Assembly (NCBI RefSeq): GCF_006345805.1
Contig: NC_043000.1
Location: forward strand, 117,862,001-117,926,000
Length of the DNA stretch: 64,000 bases
Direction: 5' to 3'
Source of the DNA: Octopus sinensis
Taxonomy: Eukaryota
Part shown: positions 13,376 to 25,675 of the stretch, piece by piece
Position numbering within the stretch: the first letter of the stretch is position 1
Layout of the letters: every line of letters starts with the position of its first letter
Made by a program: the position numbers and the translations under genes
The notes under the pieces: generated by a model
Told to the model about the DNA's origin: nothing
The model's database searches: none
What the model saw: the letters and a program-made list of their open reading frames with translations, nothing else

Positions 13376-13847
13376 AAGGGTTTAGTCAAACAAAGTGACC
13401 CCATTAGGTCTTTTTTCTTTTTTTAATTTTAAGTTTGGTACTTATTCTGCCAGACTTTCTTTGCCGAACAGCTAAGTTAATGAAGCATAAATAAACCAAC
13501 GTCGGTTGTCAAGCGGTGGGTAGGGGATAAGTACACGCACACACACACACACACACACACACCATCTAACTTAATAACGTAATTACTGTCCAAACAACTG
13601 ACCAAATCATAGCAAAGCTCTTTGATGTTTACTTCCTGATAATGTAAAGCGAAAGCGAAATGTGAAAAAATTTCATCGTGAAAGACACTCGTACCGTTCG
13701 TTAAATTATTCTCTTGCAATTAGAATAAAAATGTTTCGTGGCAAACGGTGTGAATATCCAACAGAGACGGTCACTATGATATTCAACATGTTTCATTGTT
13801 TAGACAAACTCATGGTTGCGTCTTTCGTTTATTCTTTGTCTGTATCG

Positions 13848-13882
<35 letters not shown>

Positions 13883-13985
13883 TATTTCTTTCTTTCTTCT
13901 TTCTTTCTTTCTTTCTTTCTTTTTTATTTCTTTGTTTCTTTCTTTTTTTCTTTGTTTGTTTGTTTGTTTCTTTCTTTCTTTCCAT
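13848..13985. repeat. (TTTC)n microsatellite
   Basis: Direct reading. Confidence 0.9.
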
Positions 13986-14464
13986 TCGTCTGCTTTTGTA
14001 TTATTGTTTCACTTATTTAAAAAAATTTCTTTTTTTTTAATTCACCAATTCTTTTATTTTCTCATCTTTGTAACTGTTTTCCTTTCATTATCCTTCCTAG
14101 CAATTTTATATTTTTCTTTTTTATTCCACTGCCTCACACGCACATCTCTCTCCCCCCTCTCTTTCTCCCACTTCCATTTTCCCTCAGTGTCTAAATAGTT
14201 TCGAAGAATCCAAACTGCTTAAGCATTGACAAGATTGACTCTCTGGTTCACTGGTTTCCCAACTGCGTCAAGTTGATACACAAGCACACACACACACATA
14301 TATACATATATATACACAAACACATGCACTCACACATACGGAGAAAGATAGAGAGAATGAAATATTGACATATATATATATATATATGTATGTATGTATA
14401 TATATATTATATATATATATATACATATATATATATGTATGTATATATGTATGTATATATATAT

Positions 14465-14512
<48 letters not shown>

Positions 14513-14604
14513 TAGATGGCTAGCTAACTAGGTAGACATTGACAGACAAATATATTTGTTTCTTTATTAGCCACACAGGGCTGAACACAGAGGGGAAGAC
14601 AAAT

Positions 14605-14605
14605 G

Positions 14606-14663
<58 letters not shown>

Positions 14664-14742
14664 CAGATAGATAGACAGACAGATACATAGACACACAGAT
14701 ACATAGATAGATTCATAGATAGATAGACAGACAGATAGATAT
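14605..14742. repeat. (GATA)n microsatellite
   Basis: Direct reading; the array resumes at 15649-15742 beyond the LINE. Confidence 0.9.
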
Positions 14743-14813
14743 GTTTCTTTATTAGCCACACAGGGCTGCACACAGATAGAACAAATTACAAGGTAGAGCT
14801 TTTCTTTTGAAGG

Positions 14814-14847
<34 letters not shown>

Positions 14848-15648
14848 AGGGGGAGGTTCGATCAAAAGGGATCGTAAAAGGAGAGAAAGAGGACAAAAAT
14901 AAGGGGGGTTAAAAAAAAAAAAAAAAAAAAAAAGGGGGGGAGAGGAAAAAAAATGATCAATAGGGATCGTTATCACAGAAATGTCAATATGAAGTGTAAA
15001 GGGGAGGACAGGTGAGGTTTACCCGTGGAAAGAAAAGCCTGCGGAAAAGACCACGGTAACCTCGGTCAATGAAGTCACATTTTATATTTCTTTTTTTTTT
15101 TTTTTTTTTTTTGCAAATAAGCAACTCTCTGTTTTCGATTTCTGGGTTCATAGGACCATGCTCAAGGTGGCTTCGTCATTCATACGTGCCATTCTTGCTA
15201 CATTCACCCATCTTTTTTTAAAACATTCGCTAGACAAAACTTGCCTCTCTACTCTCACTTTCCTTTTCAAGTGGTACTTGAAGAAGTTGATGAGAGATTG
15301 ACCAGAGAGGAAAGTGTTTGTCTCCAATCCTTTCAGACGCGTCCACCAGATACATTCTTTCGCCATAGCCACAAGGATGATGAAAATAGCTCTTCCTTCC
15401 CGTTTGAAGGAAGGAGGCGTGACAATATTGACGATAGACTCAGCTGATAAACCGACTCGTCCCACACGTGACAGCAGTTGTTCGACATAAGCCCACAGGT
15501 CGGAAATTGTTGGACACTGAACGAGTGCGTGCAGAACGGTTTCGTCGCTCTGACCGCATCTCGGGCAGGTCGGCCCCGTGTTTCTCGAGCCGTGTCTGTA
15601 GAGCTTATCCCGAACGGGTAGCGCTTCTCGGTAGCACTGCCAGGCCAG
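14743..15648 (-). mobile_element. 5'-truncated Tx1/L1-type LINE
   Basis: ORF2 end, a ~400-bp 3' UTR with homopolymer tracts, and terminus GTGTGGCTAATAAAGAAAC; GATA repeats on both sides. Confidence 0.85.
15148..15648 (-). CDS. LINE ORF2 C-terminal fragment with zf-RVT-type zinc knuckle (open frame, 166 aa)
   Basis: LAWQCYREALPVRDKLYRHG..TCPRCGQSDETVLHALVQCPTISDLW (C-x2-C..H-x4-C), in frame with the track ORF 15148-15465. Confidence 0.85.
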   Translation of the reverse strand: MAWQCYREALPVRDKLYRHGSRNTGPTCPRCGQSDETVLHALVQCPTISDLWAYVEQLLSRVGRVGLSAESIVNIVTPPSFKREGRAIFIILVAMAKECIWWTRLKGLETNTFLSGQSLINFFKYHLKRKVRVERQVLSSECFKKRWVNVARMARMNDEATLSMVL

Positions 15649-16121
15649 ACAGATAGATAGACAGAAGGATAGATAGACAGGCAGACAGATAGAGAGCTAG
15701 CTAGCTAGATAGCTAGCTAGCTAGCTAGATAGATAGATAGACAGCCAAACAAAGGGAGATGGCGGGAAGGATGGCACCAACCGATTTCCTGAATTCTTCT
15801 TGCCCAATTATTTCCTGTTGAAGTCCACTTAAATATATATTGTTTATTGGTATTTGCTTTCTGCCCTCGTTCACTTACTTTCATCGTTCTTTTGATGTGT
15901 TATAATTAACATTGGGACAGTGTCTCTGCTGGCTAATGCTGTCTGTTATGGCGTGGTTTAATATGTGAGACAGGTGCGTACACATTACAGCGCACACCGC
16001 ACACGCACCCACATATATGCGTACTTATACATACACTAATACAAGCACACACATTTAGACATACACTTACGAAGACGCGCACACAGATTTAAATAGTTTT
16101 ACACACACACACACACACATA

Positions 16122-16344
16122 TTCTTTTGTTCTTTTATTTGTTTCAGTCATTTTGACTGCGGCCATGCTGGAGCACCGCCTTTGGTCGAGCAAATCGACC
16201 CCAGGACTTATTTTTTGTAATCCTAGTACTTATTCTATCGGTGTCTTTTACCGAACCACTAAGTTACGGGACGTAAACATACCAGCATCGGTTGTCAAGC
16301 GATGTTGGGCGGATAAACACAGACACACAATCATATGCATACAC

Positions 16345-16385
<41 letters not shown>

Positions 16386-16560
16386 CAAATTAATAAATAA
16401 AACATATGCATATATTACGACAGGCTTCTTTCATTTTCCGTCTACCAAATCCACTCGCAAGACTTTGGTCGGCCCGAAGCTATAGTAGAAAACACTTGAC
16501 CAAGGTGCCACGAAGTGGGACTGAACCCGAAACCGTGTGGTTGGTAAGCAAGCTACTTAC

Positions 16561-16565
<5 letters not shown>
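16122..16565 (-). mobile_element. Family B SINE
   Basis: Body with internal (TA)n. Confidence 0.85.
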
Positions 16566-16597
<32 letters not shown>

Positions 16598-17569
16598 GAC
16601 CGTTTCCTGTTTCTTATATATATTTCTAAATCTATGTGACGACGTATTTTGTGAAAGATCCCATTCTTTGCACAACTCAGTATTATTTATTAACAACAAA
16701 TGTTATTAAATCACTGCTATATCACCACACCCTGTCTCATATATATATATCCGTAAGTAATAGCATAACAACCTCAGCCTATCTATTCTTCATTGTAACA
16801 TTAGCAATATTATACCGGTCGCATTTACTTGTTCCATTAGCAACAATAACAACACCATATAAAACCCATTCAATCCGTTTATTAACAGCATTACCATTTC
16901 TTAGAATAGCAAAAACCGGAAAACACCAGCAACATACCAAAGACAGCCCTTCCTTAAATTTGCAACGCCAGCCAGTGAGTGGTTTACCAAACGCTATCTA
17001 GATTAATCTAAAGAGTGTGCTATTTCACTAGGCATTATGGAGAAGTCTGATTTCACAAGCTTAGCCCAAACAGGCGTAATGATGTATATATCAATAAGGA
17101 AATTGTGGATTGTGGTGATGTAATATGAGACCTGCTTTACGAAAAGAAATGGTACAGGCTTTAAGGTTGTAAAAACATTTAATATATGAACAATTTTTTG
17201 GTTAGCAACAATAAAATAATAAAATAACAGTAGTCCCAAGCATAACTCCAGCCATGAAATAAAATAATTCGTTTAAAAGCAAGAAGTCAACGGAAATATT
17301 TATCGGCAGAATGTAATATACGTAAATACGTCCAATGTACATATGTAAATTTTTAAGCGCATATATATATATATATATATTTGGGACCATAAAATTCGTT
17401 TGGACAGTAAACATCAGAGGGATGTACAGTAAGTAAACGAAAAGGCCATAAAGGAAGAAATAGATAAATGGAAAAAAGTTATTAAGTTTGCAGCGAAGAC
17501 CGATGAGTGCCTAAACCGAGAGACACGCGCGTATACCCGATTACAAATGCTTATATAAGTACGTGCAGA

Positions 17570-18232
17570 CGTTCATATATATGTGTGTGTAAGTGTGTGC
17601 GTGTGTGTCTGTGAGGTGGATGGGTGTGTATATGTATGTATGTATGTATAAAAGTGATTATATGTATATGTGTATGCGTGTATATGTATATGTAAATGTG
17701 TGTGTGTATATATATATGTGTGTGTGTATATATGTATGTACGTATATGTTTGGATATGTGGTTATATGTGTATGCATGTATATGTATGTATATGTGCATG
17801 TGTGTATATGTATATGTAAATACGTGTGTGTATATATATATATGTGTATGTGTGTGTATATATGTATATATATATATCTATATGTATGTATATGTTTATA
17901 TATATACATGTATGTATGTATAAATTTGTGTTTATATGTGTATGTGTGTATATGTAAATGTAAATGGGTGTGTGTATATATACGTGTATGTGCGTGTGTA
18001 TACAGGTATATATATATGTATGTATGTATATGTTTATCTATGTACATGTATGTATAAATTTGTGTTTATCTGTGTATGTATGTATATGTATATATATGCA
18101 TATGTAAATGTGTGCATATATATATATATACGTGTATGTATGTATGTATGTATGTATGTATGTACGTAAGTTTGTTTTTATGCGTTATAGATTTAATGGA
18201 ATGTATGTATACATCCATGTATACACTCATGC

Positions 18233-18275
<43 letters not shown>
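17570..18275. repeat. Compound (TG)/(TA)/(TATG) low-complexity tract
   Basis: Direct reading. Confidence 0.9.
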
Positions 18276-18277
<2 letters not shown>

Positions 18278-19058
18278 CATTTTCCTATATTAGCTAAGAC
18301 ATGAAACACACATAAACAGTCACATTACTGAAATTTATAAGCGACCATAAAAGCAACAGAAATATCAACAGTGACGACAAAAGAAGATGGCGACAACGAC
18401 TACGACGTCGACAATAACAACAACAACAACAACCACAGTATCAACAACATTGATATAATCTACAACAGTAAAATTAAACTGCTATGTCATCAGTAATAAT
18501 TTGAAAAGGTTTCTACTTGGACGCGGTGCCAGATGGCACTATTAAACTCGTTCGAAATAAATAAACAAGAGTTTGTATGGAAATGTTGGAATTCTAGAAT
18601 AAATTGCTGTGGCATGGTATATACTGTCAGCTATTAACTACTCCAGATTATGCACATAATATACATCCGTACATTTCAGTACTCAGAATTATATTGTTTT
18701 TCATTGAGTGGCTGTGTGGTAAGTAGCTTGCTTACCAGCCAGATGGTTCCGGGTTCGTTTCCACTGCGTGGCAATTTGGGCAAGTGTCTTCTACTGCCTA
18801 GAGTAGAAAAGAATAATTTATACGCAAGACGACCAGTTTTGTGGGGAGAGACGTGAGCTGATCCCATCGTTTTTTTCATCCAGGGAATCTAAGGGAATCA
18901 TCCAGCAAGTCTAACTTCGGCCAGATTTGAATTCAGAAAGTAAAGAATCGGAACAAATAATACGGGGTTCCTTTTTACGCCGTTTAAATTACTCTGTCCC
19001 TTTTTTTTTCTTTTCTACTCTACGCACAAGGCCCGAAATAACACACACACACATATTT

Positions 19059-19303
19059 GTGGAGTCGCGTGGCTTAGTGGTTAGGGTATCAGCACCATGA
19101 TTGTAAGATTGTGGTTTCGATTCCTGGACCGAGCGACGCGTGTTCTTAAGCAAAACACTTCATTTCACGTTGCTCCAGTCCACTCAGCTGGCAAAAATAA
19201 GTAACGCTGCTATGGACTGGTGTCCCGTCCAGCTGGGGAACACATACACCATTGAAACTGGGAAACCGGGCCCATGATACTGGCTAGGATTTAAAAGGGC
19301 GCA
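19059..19303 (+). mobile_element. Family C SINE
   Basis: Matches 10701-10940. Confidence 0.8.
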
Positions 19304-20267
19304 AAGTATATATATATATATATATATATATACTACGGGCTTCTTTCAGTTTCCGTCTACCAAATCCACTCCTAAGGCTTTGGTCAGCCCGAGGCTATAG
19401 TAGCAGACGCTTGTCCAAGGTGCCACGCAGTGAGACTGAAACCGGAACCATGTGGTTCGTAAACAAGCTACTTACCACACAGCCCATAAATATTATTTGA
19501 GAAAAGGAATATATTTATTAGTTAGTATGATATGAGAAAAAAAACTATATAGTTACATAATTATATGAGGAAGGAATTTATTTATCATTTCATAAGTATC
19601 ATTTGGAAGGGGTCATTATATATAAGTATCATCCGAAAAAATTATTGTAATTTATAATAAATATTATAGAAGAAAACAATTATAGCTTCAATTTGCGTTT
19701 AAAATAAACTGTAAAATTTATTTCATTTTATGTCCGTAATTGTCCGAACTTGCTCAACGTGTATGTGAAATACTGTTGGGATAGAATAGTCCCAAGTATT
19801 TAACACTATTGGGACATTTTTGTCCCAACATCCAAAAGGTATATGTAGCGGTAAAAAAAAAAACGTTTAGATTTTAATTATGGTAGATAAAGGTCTAAAG
19901 AAGCAGAAAATGTGAAGAACAAAAAGCGATAATAAAACTGATTGTACGAAAGTCGGAGCGAAAGGGCTAATGCTTTATCATTAATAGTAGTAATAGTGGT
20001 GGTGGTGGTGTTAGATTTTGACAGAAGTGGAAAAGAAAAAAAAACGTGAGAGTATGCTTTCTCTGGTAGGTTAAGATTTAATATTTCATATATATACAAT
20101 GTGCATTCCAGAAGTTTTTTTAATGAGAGAGGCATTTATTAATTTCAAAGTACTACGAAACTCTAGTCTCTTTCAAACTAAGATCTTCTGACTTCAATGC
20201 GTTTGTTGTAACGCTCCAGCCCCTTCGTGAGGGATTGATGAAAATCATCCAAAGTGAAGGTATAAAG

Positions 20268-20490
20268 CAGCGGTTCCCAAAATTTTCAGGCTGCTCACTC
20301 CCACCATTCACCATCACAGACATAAACCATTTTCTGCAGCAAATTCGAAGCAACAGTATTTCACAAATAAAACTTAAGCTAATTAACCCTTTTTTTGGTC
20401 ACCCCATTATCGCCCCATTTTTCTTCAACGCCCCGCTGAATTTTTCCGCCATCTCCAGAGGGGCGGTACCACCCACTTTGAGAACTACTG
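20268..20490. mobile_element. hAT-type MITE
   Basis: TIRs CAGCGGTTCCCAAA / TTTGAGAACTACTG; 8-bp TSD GTATAAAG / GTATATAG. Confidence 0.8.
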
Positions 20491-21377
20491 GTATATAGGA
20501 TCCTTACCACAACTTCCTTCATCGTGTTACTTCAATGAGTAACACCACACGAATTACTACTCCTGCTAGCACTTCAATTAATAAAGCGAGACCGTCACTT
20601 CTTCAAAGCCACTATTTATGTTTTCTGATGACGTCACAATAAAACAGACGTATAAGGGAAATCTGTGTAGCCTCTGGATTGGAAATACCTTCTTTTTACC
20701 TTCAAGCAAGAGCAAGAAATAGAAAAAAACGAAAGAAAAAAGAAAGAAAGCGCAGAAACACAACGGCTGGGGGGATATATTAGCTTAATGTGGGACACTG
20801 TTTACATAGGACATATCGAATCTCCTACATCTGTCGGCTGTAATGGGATTCTATAAAAACCTGCTGCTTTTCGATTAAAGGCCTTACAGTTTGTCATCGT
20901 AAACATTGTATTTAACTCCAAAATGTCTTTCGTGTTTTGTTGTAATTCTTCTTATTTTATTTTTATAATTTGTAGTTTTGTTTTCTTTGTATTTCTCCCT
21001 TTCGAAAACTATCCCTTGATTTCACGTACACTACACACACACACACACAAACACACATGCATATACACACACAAACACACGCGCATACACACACATACAC
21101 AGATGGGCATACACATACATGTGTGTGTTGTATGCCTGCATGTAAAACAGTAATTCACACGCTCACATATACACACGTACACACACATACATGCATAAAC
21201 ATACGCGTGTGTGTTTTATGCCTGCATGTAAAATAGTAATTCACACACACATACACACACTTCCTCACAGGTACATTTCTAAATGTAAAATTTATTTGAT
21301 TCATATATAGGTACATACATACGCATATATAAATATATGTATATAATATATAATATATGCTTATATATATATATATA

Positions 21378-21956
21378 TACAAGATAAGAAAATGGAGAAA
21401 TGCATCTAAATCAAATATCAATTACCAGATAATACTCAATCACATACTTTATTAAACCACCACATAAGAGATTGTAGGGTTAAATATAAAAAAAAACAGA
21501 ACAAATCAGTGTACCTAAGGGAAGTACATAAAAAAGTGTACATAAAGAGTAATGTTGTATAATAAGTAGAATAATATAAAGAGATATAAATACAAGTAAA
21601 TATAAATATAAGTATAAATTAGATCTTACAGCTGTTTCAGCCATGTCGATAATTATGTCTCATTTTACCAATATTAACCCTTTGGCCGAAACAGCTGTAA
21701 GATCTAATTTTTACTTATATTTATATTTACTTGTATTTATATTCTCTTTTATATATATTCTACTTATTATACAACATTACTCTTTTATGTACACTTTTTT
21801 ATGTACATTCCCTTAGGTACACTGATTTGTTCTGTTTTTTTTTTTTATATTTAACCCTACAGTCTCTTATGTGGTGGTTTAATAAAGTACGTGATTGAGT
21901 ATTATCTGGTAATTGATATTTGATTTAGATGTATTTCTCCATTTTCTTATCTTGTA
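21378..21956. repeat. Inverted repeat, ~265-bp arms (Penelope-like terminal fragment)
   Basis: Arms 21378-21643 and 21683-21956; each inner end reads GAAACAGCTGTAAGATCT outward. Confidence 0.85.
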
Positions 21957-22210
21957 TTAGTAATTTGTGGTAAATCATTTTACCTTTGCCATATAATACA
22001 GTAAATGAATTGATTGCATCGCAATCATTACATTTATGTATAACTTTGTTGGGTACTTCACTAGCAGTATATTGGATATACGTTATCTCATAGAGGGTTG
22101 CATTACAACCCCTATCTCAATTTGTATATATATATAATATATATAATATATGATATATAATATATGCTTATATATATATATATATATAAATGTATGTTAT
22201 ATATAATGTG

Positions 22211-22365
22211 CAGGCATGGCTGTGGTAAGAAGCTTGCTTCCCAACTACATAGTTCCAGGTTCAATACCACTGCATGGTACCTTGGGCAAGTGTCTTACTA
22301 TAGCCCCGAGCCGACCAAAGCCTTCTGAGTGGATTTGGTAGACGGAAACTGGAAGAAGCCAGTCG

Positions 22366-22399
<34 letters not shown>

Positions 22400-22632
22400 A
22401 TATGTATAGTGTCTGTGTTGTGTTTCCCCCCACCATCTCTTGACAACCGATTTTGGTGTGTTTACATCCCCGTAACTTAGCGGTTCGGCACAAGTGACCG
22501 ATAGAATAAGTGCTAGTCTTACAAAGAAAAAAGTCCTGGGGTAGATTTCTTCGAATAAAACCCTTCAAGGCGGTACTCCAGCATGGTCGCAGTCAAATGA
22601 TGGAAACGTAAAATGAATAAGAGAATAAAAGA
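22211..22632 (+). mobile_element. Family B SINE
   Basis: Head-to-tail match to the other copies. Confidence 0.8.
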
Positions 22633-22675
22633 ATACATGCGTAAATATATACATACATACATAAATACATACATA

Positions 22676-22732
<57 letters not shown>

Positions 22733-22745
22733 TATATGTATGTAT

Positions 22746-22990
22746 ATATATTGTATAAAGTATCGTGGGTAAGGCCAAAAGAATGCGAAGTAAATGCTAG
22801 GTAAATCACAAGAATTAATGTAGACTTACCTTGTTTTCAATATTTCAGGGTTATGACCCCATTTTCAATAACCCTGAAATATTGAATACAAGGTAAGTCT
22901 ACATTGATTCACATATTTGTTTTCTTGTGATTTACCTTGTCTTTATTTCGCATTATTTTGGCCTTACCCACAATTCTTTATACAATATAT
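22746..22990. repeat. Inverted repeat, ~110-bp arms with hammerhead remnant
   Basis: Arms 22746-22853 and 22869-22990; TAACCCTGAAATATTGAA motif is also at 47110. Confidence 0.8.
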
Positions 22991-23050
22991 TCTACACAAT
23001 GCTTCATAGTAATTATTCCATTATAATATACATATATACATACATACATA

Positions 23051-23522
23051 ATTAATTGTTATTGTTGCCATATTAATATGGCATTCTTATAATATAAGAA
23101 TAATCGCTGCCGCTGGTCAGCTCCACGAGGCCACCGCCTTAAGATAGCTATTGATACACGATCTGTATCCATTATACCTTCGAACAAGGGAGGTCAGCCG
23201 CTTCACACTGCAGTCCTGACAGCTAAGACGCGTTTCGGGGTATTGCCCCTTGTCAATTGTAGCGCAATCAGACCCCGCAGGTGTCGCCACTGACGTCTCT
23301 GTTCGAAGGCTTATATTGCAAGGGGCAATACCCCGAAACGCGTCTGTAGCTGTCGGACTGGCAGTGTGAAGCGGCTGACCTCCCTTGTTCGAATTTATAA
23401 TGGATACAGATCGTGTATCAATAGCTATCTTAAGGCGGGGCCTCATGGAGCTGACCAGCGGAGGCAGCGATTATTCTTATATTATAAGAATGCCATATTA
23501 ATATGGCGGATAACAATTAATT
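23051..23522. repeat. Inverted repeat, ~205-bp arms with hammerhead-like motif
   Basis: Arms 23051-23256 and 23316-23522. Confidence 0.9.
23222..23263 (-). ncRNA. Minimal type I hammerhead-like motif, U3-A8 core
   Basis: GCUACAA-UUGACAA-GGGG CAAUA CCCC-GAAA-CGCG-UC-UUAGC; stem III palindrome ACGCGU. Confidence 0.6.
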
Positions 23523-23624
23523 TCCAGTAAACGCTGTCGTAATCTCTTTTATAGAGACTTAGTAATTTTTAATATTTCATAATACATACATCATACATAA
23601 ATATATATTATATATTCTTTTGTC

Positions 23625-23977
23625 TTTATCTTTTACTTGTTTCTGTCATTTGACTGCGGGCCATGGGGAGCACCCTTTAGTCGAGCAATCGACCCAGGAC
23701 TTATTCTTTTGTAAGCCTAGTACTTATTCTATCGGTTTGTTTTGCCGAACCGCTAAGTTGCGGCGGAAACGTAAAACACACAGCATCGTCAAGTGATGTT
23801 GGGGGGGACAAACACAGACACACAACACACACACACACACACACATACACAGTTTCCATCTACCAAATCCACTCACAAGGCTTTGGTCGGCCCGAGGCTA
23901 TAGTAGAAGACATTTGCCCTGGTGCCACCATGTGGTTGGTAAGCAAGCTACTTACCACACAGCCACTCCTACGCCTA
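23625..23977 (-). mobile_element. Family B SINE
   Basis: Match to family; an opposite-strand copy follows at 24048-24485. Confidence 0.8.
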
Positions 23978-24763
23978 CTATATATATATAATTTTTTTTC
24001 CGTAATGAAATAAAAAGCCAAGGCTAGAATAAATGTTCTAAAATAAGCGCAGGTGTGGCTGTGTGGTAAGAAGCTAGCTTACCAACTACATGGTTCTGGG
24101 TTCAGTCCCACTGCGTGACACTTTGGGCAAGTGTCTTCTATTATAGCCTCGGGCCAACTAAAGCCTTGTGAGTAGATTTGGTAGATGGAAACTGAAAAAA
24201 GCCCGTCGTATATATATATATATATTTACGACGGGCGTTTTTCATATATATATACATATATATATATAACATGTAAGTATGTATATGTTTGTGTGTCTCT
24301 GTTTGTCTCGCCAACATTGCTTGACAACCGATGCTGGTGTGTTTACGTCCTCGTAACCCAGCGGTTCGGCAAAAGAGACCGATAGAACAAGCACTACGCT
24401 TATAAAGAATAAATCCTGGCCATCGTTTTGCTCGACTAAAAGCCGCAGTCAACTGACTGAAACAAATAAAAGAATAAAAGAATATATATGTATTTGTGTG
24501 TATACACTCGCAAATGTACACACATCACACTCGGACACATGTAAACATACGTAAGGAGTATGTGTGTATGTATATGTATGCATGTATATGCATATATATA
24601 TATATATATGTGTGTGTGTATGGGTGTGTGTATGTGTGTGTGTGTGTTTCTGTGTGTGTGCGCCTGTGCGTACGATGTATGTTCGTACATATACGTGAAT
24701 GACATGTTTGGAATTATATATAAACACACGTGCAGGTGTGCGAAATTTTGCGCATTTATATAT

Positions 24764-24797
<34 letters not shown>

Positions 24798-24817
24798 TAA
24801 TATATATATATATATAT

Positions 24818-25675
24818 GTAAACAGTAAAATAATTAGAGACATGGACAAGAACATGAAACACCACAGAGACGACACAAGAACCACAGGACGGGACATTCG
24901 AAGCCCTCAGTCATCAGTCAAGAACCAGATCATCTTAGCAATTCGGCTGATTAATGTTGAGATTGCTCCGATATGGCCAGCCCCGCCAAGGGAAATCTAA
25001 GCCAAGCGCATTAGATCCCCTGGAAGAAAGCTTCGAATGTATCCAACACGAGGACGGAAAACGAACGAAGTACACGAACAAAAATAGAATACGTGACACC
25101 AATAAGAATCCAAAACGTAAAAACAATAACGGTAAAATAAAAAATAAACAACAAAACAAACAGAACGTAGGACAAGGTCTTTCGACAGGACGCGTTTGAG
25201 TATGGGGCTGGCTTGTGAAGTTTTGCCTAATGGCCGCAGGGAGACGAACAAATACGTGTTGCTTCTGCGACTGCTGAAACGAAAGAGCGCTCAACAGCGG
25301 CTAGGGTCACGTGAGAACAAAAGACAGGGAAAGGGACAGATGACAAGAGGAGAGGAGGTGGACGAGGGAGGAGAAGAAAGAGACAGATCGAGGGGCTGGA
25401 GGTGAGAGAGATAGAGAAACGTAGAAGGGGGGGGGGAAGGACGGATGGAGAGGGAAAGAAAGGAAGGGGAATAAGGGAGGAGAGAGAGAGAGAGAAAGAG
25501 AAGATTAAGAGTCGTATCAATGCTAGAGAAAAAAATATACTTATCGTATAAGGACAATTGTGGATACGTAGCCGCCGATTATATAGGTAAACAGTAAAAA
25601 TCTTACAGACATGGACAAGAACATGAAACACCACAGAGACGACAAAGAACCACAGGACGGGACATTCGAAGCCTC
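24818..25675 (-). mobile_element. Non-coding element bounded by ~90-bp direct repeats (pseudo-LTR-like)
   Basis: Repeats at 24818-24908 and 25587-25675; (TA)n on both flanks. Confidence 0.55.

Noticed and set aside
20625-20670. CTGATGA followed by a CGTC/GACG stem
   Set aside because: No GAAA directly after the stem and no stem I or III.
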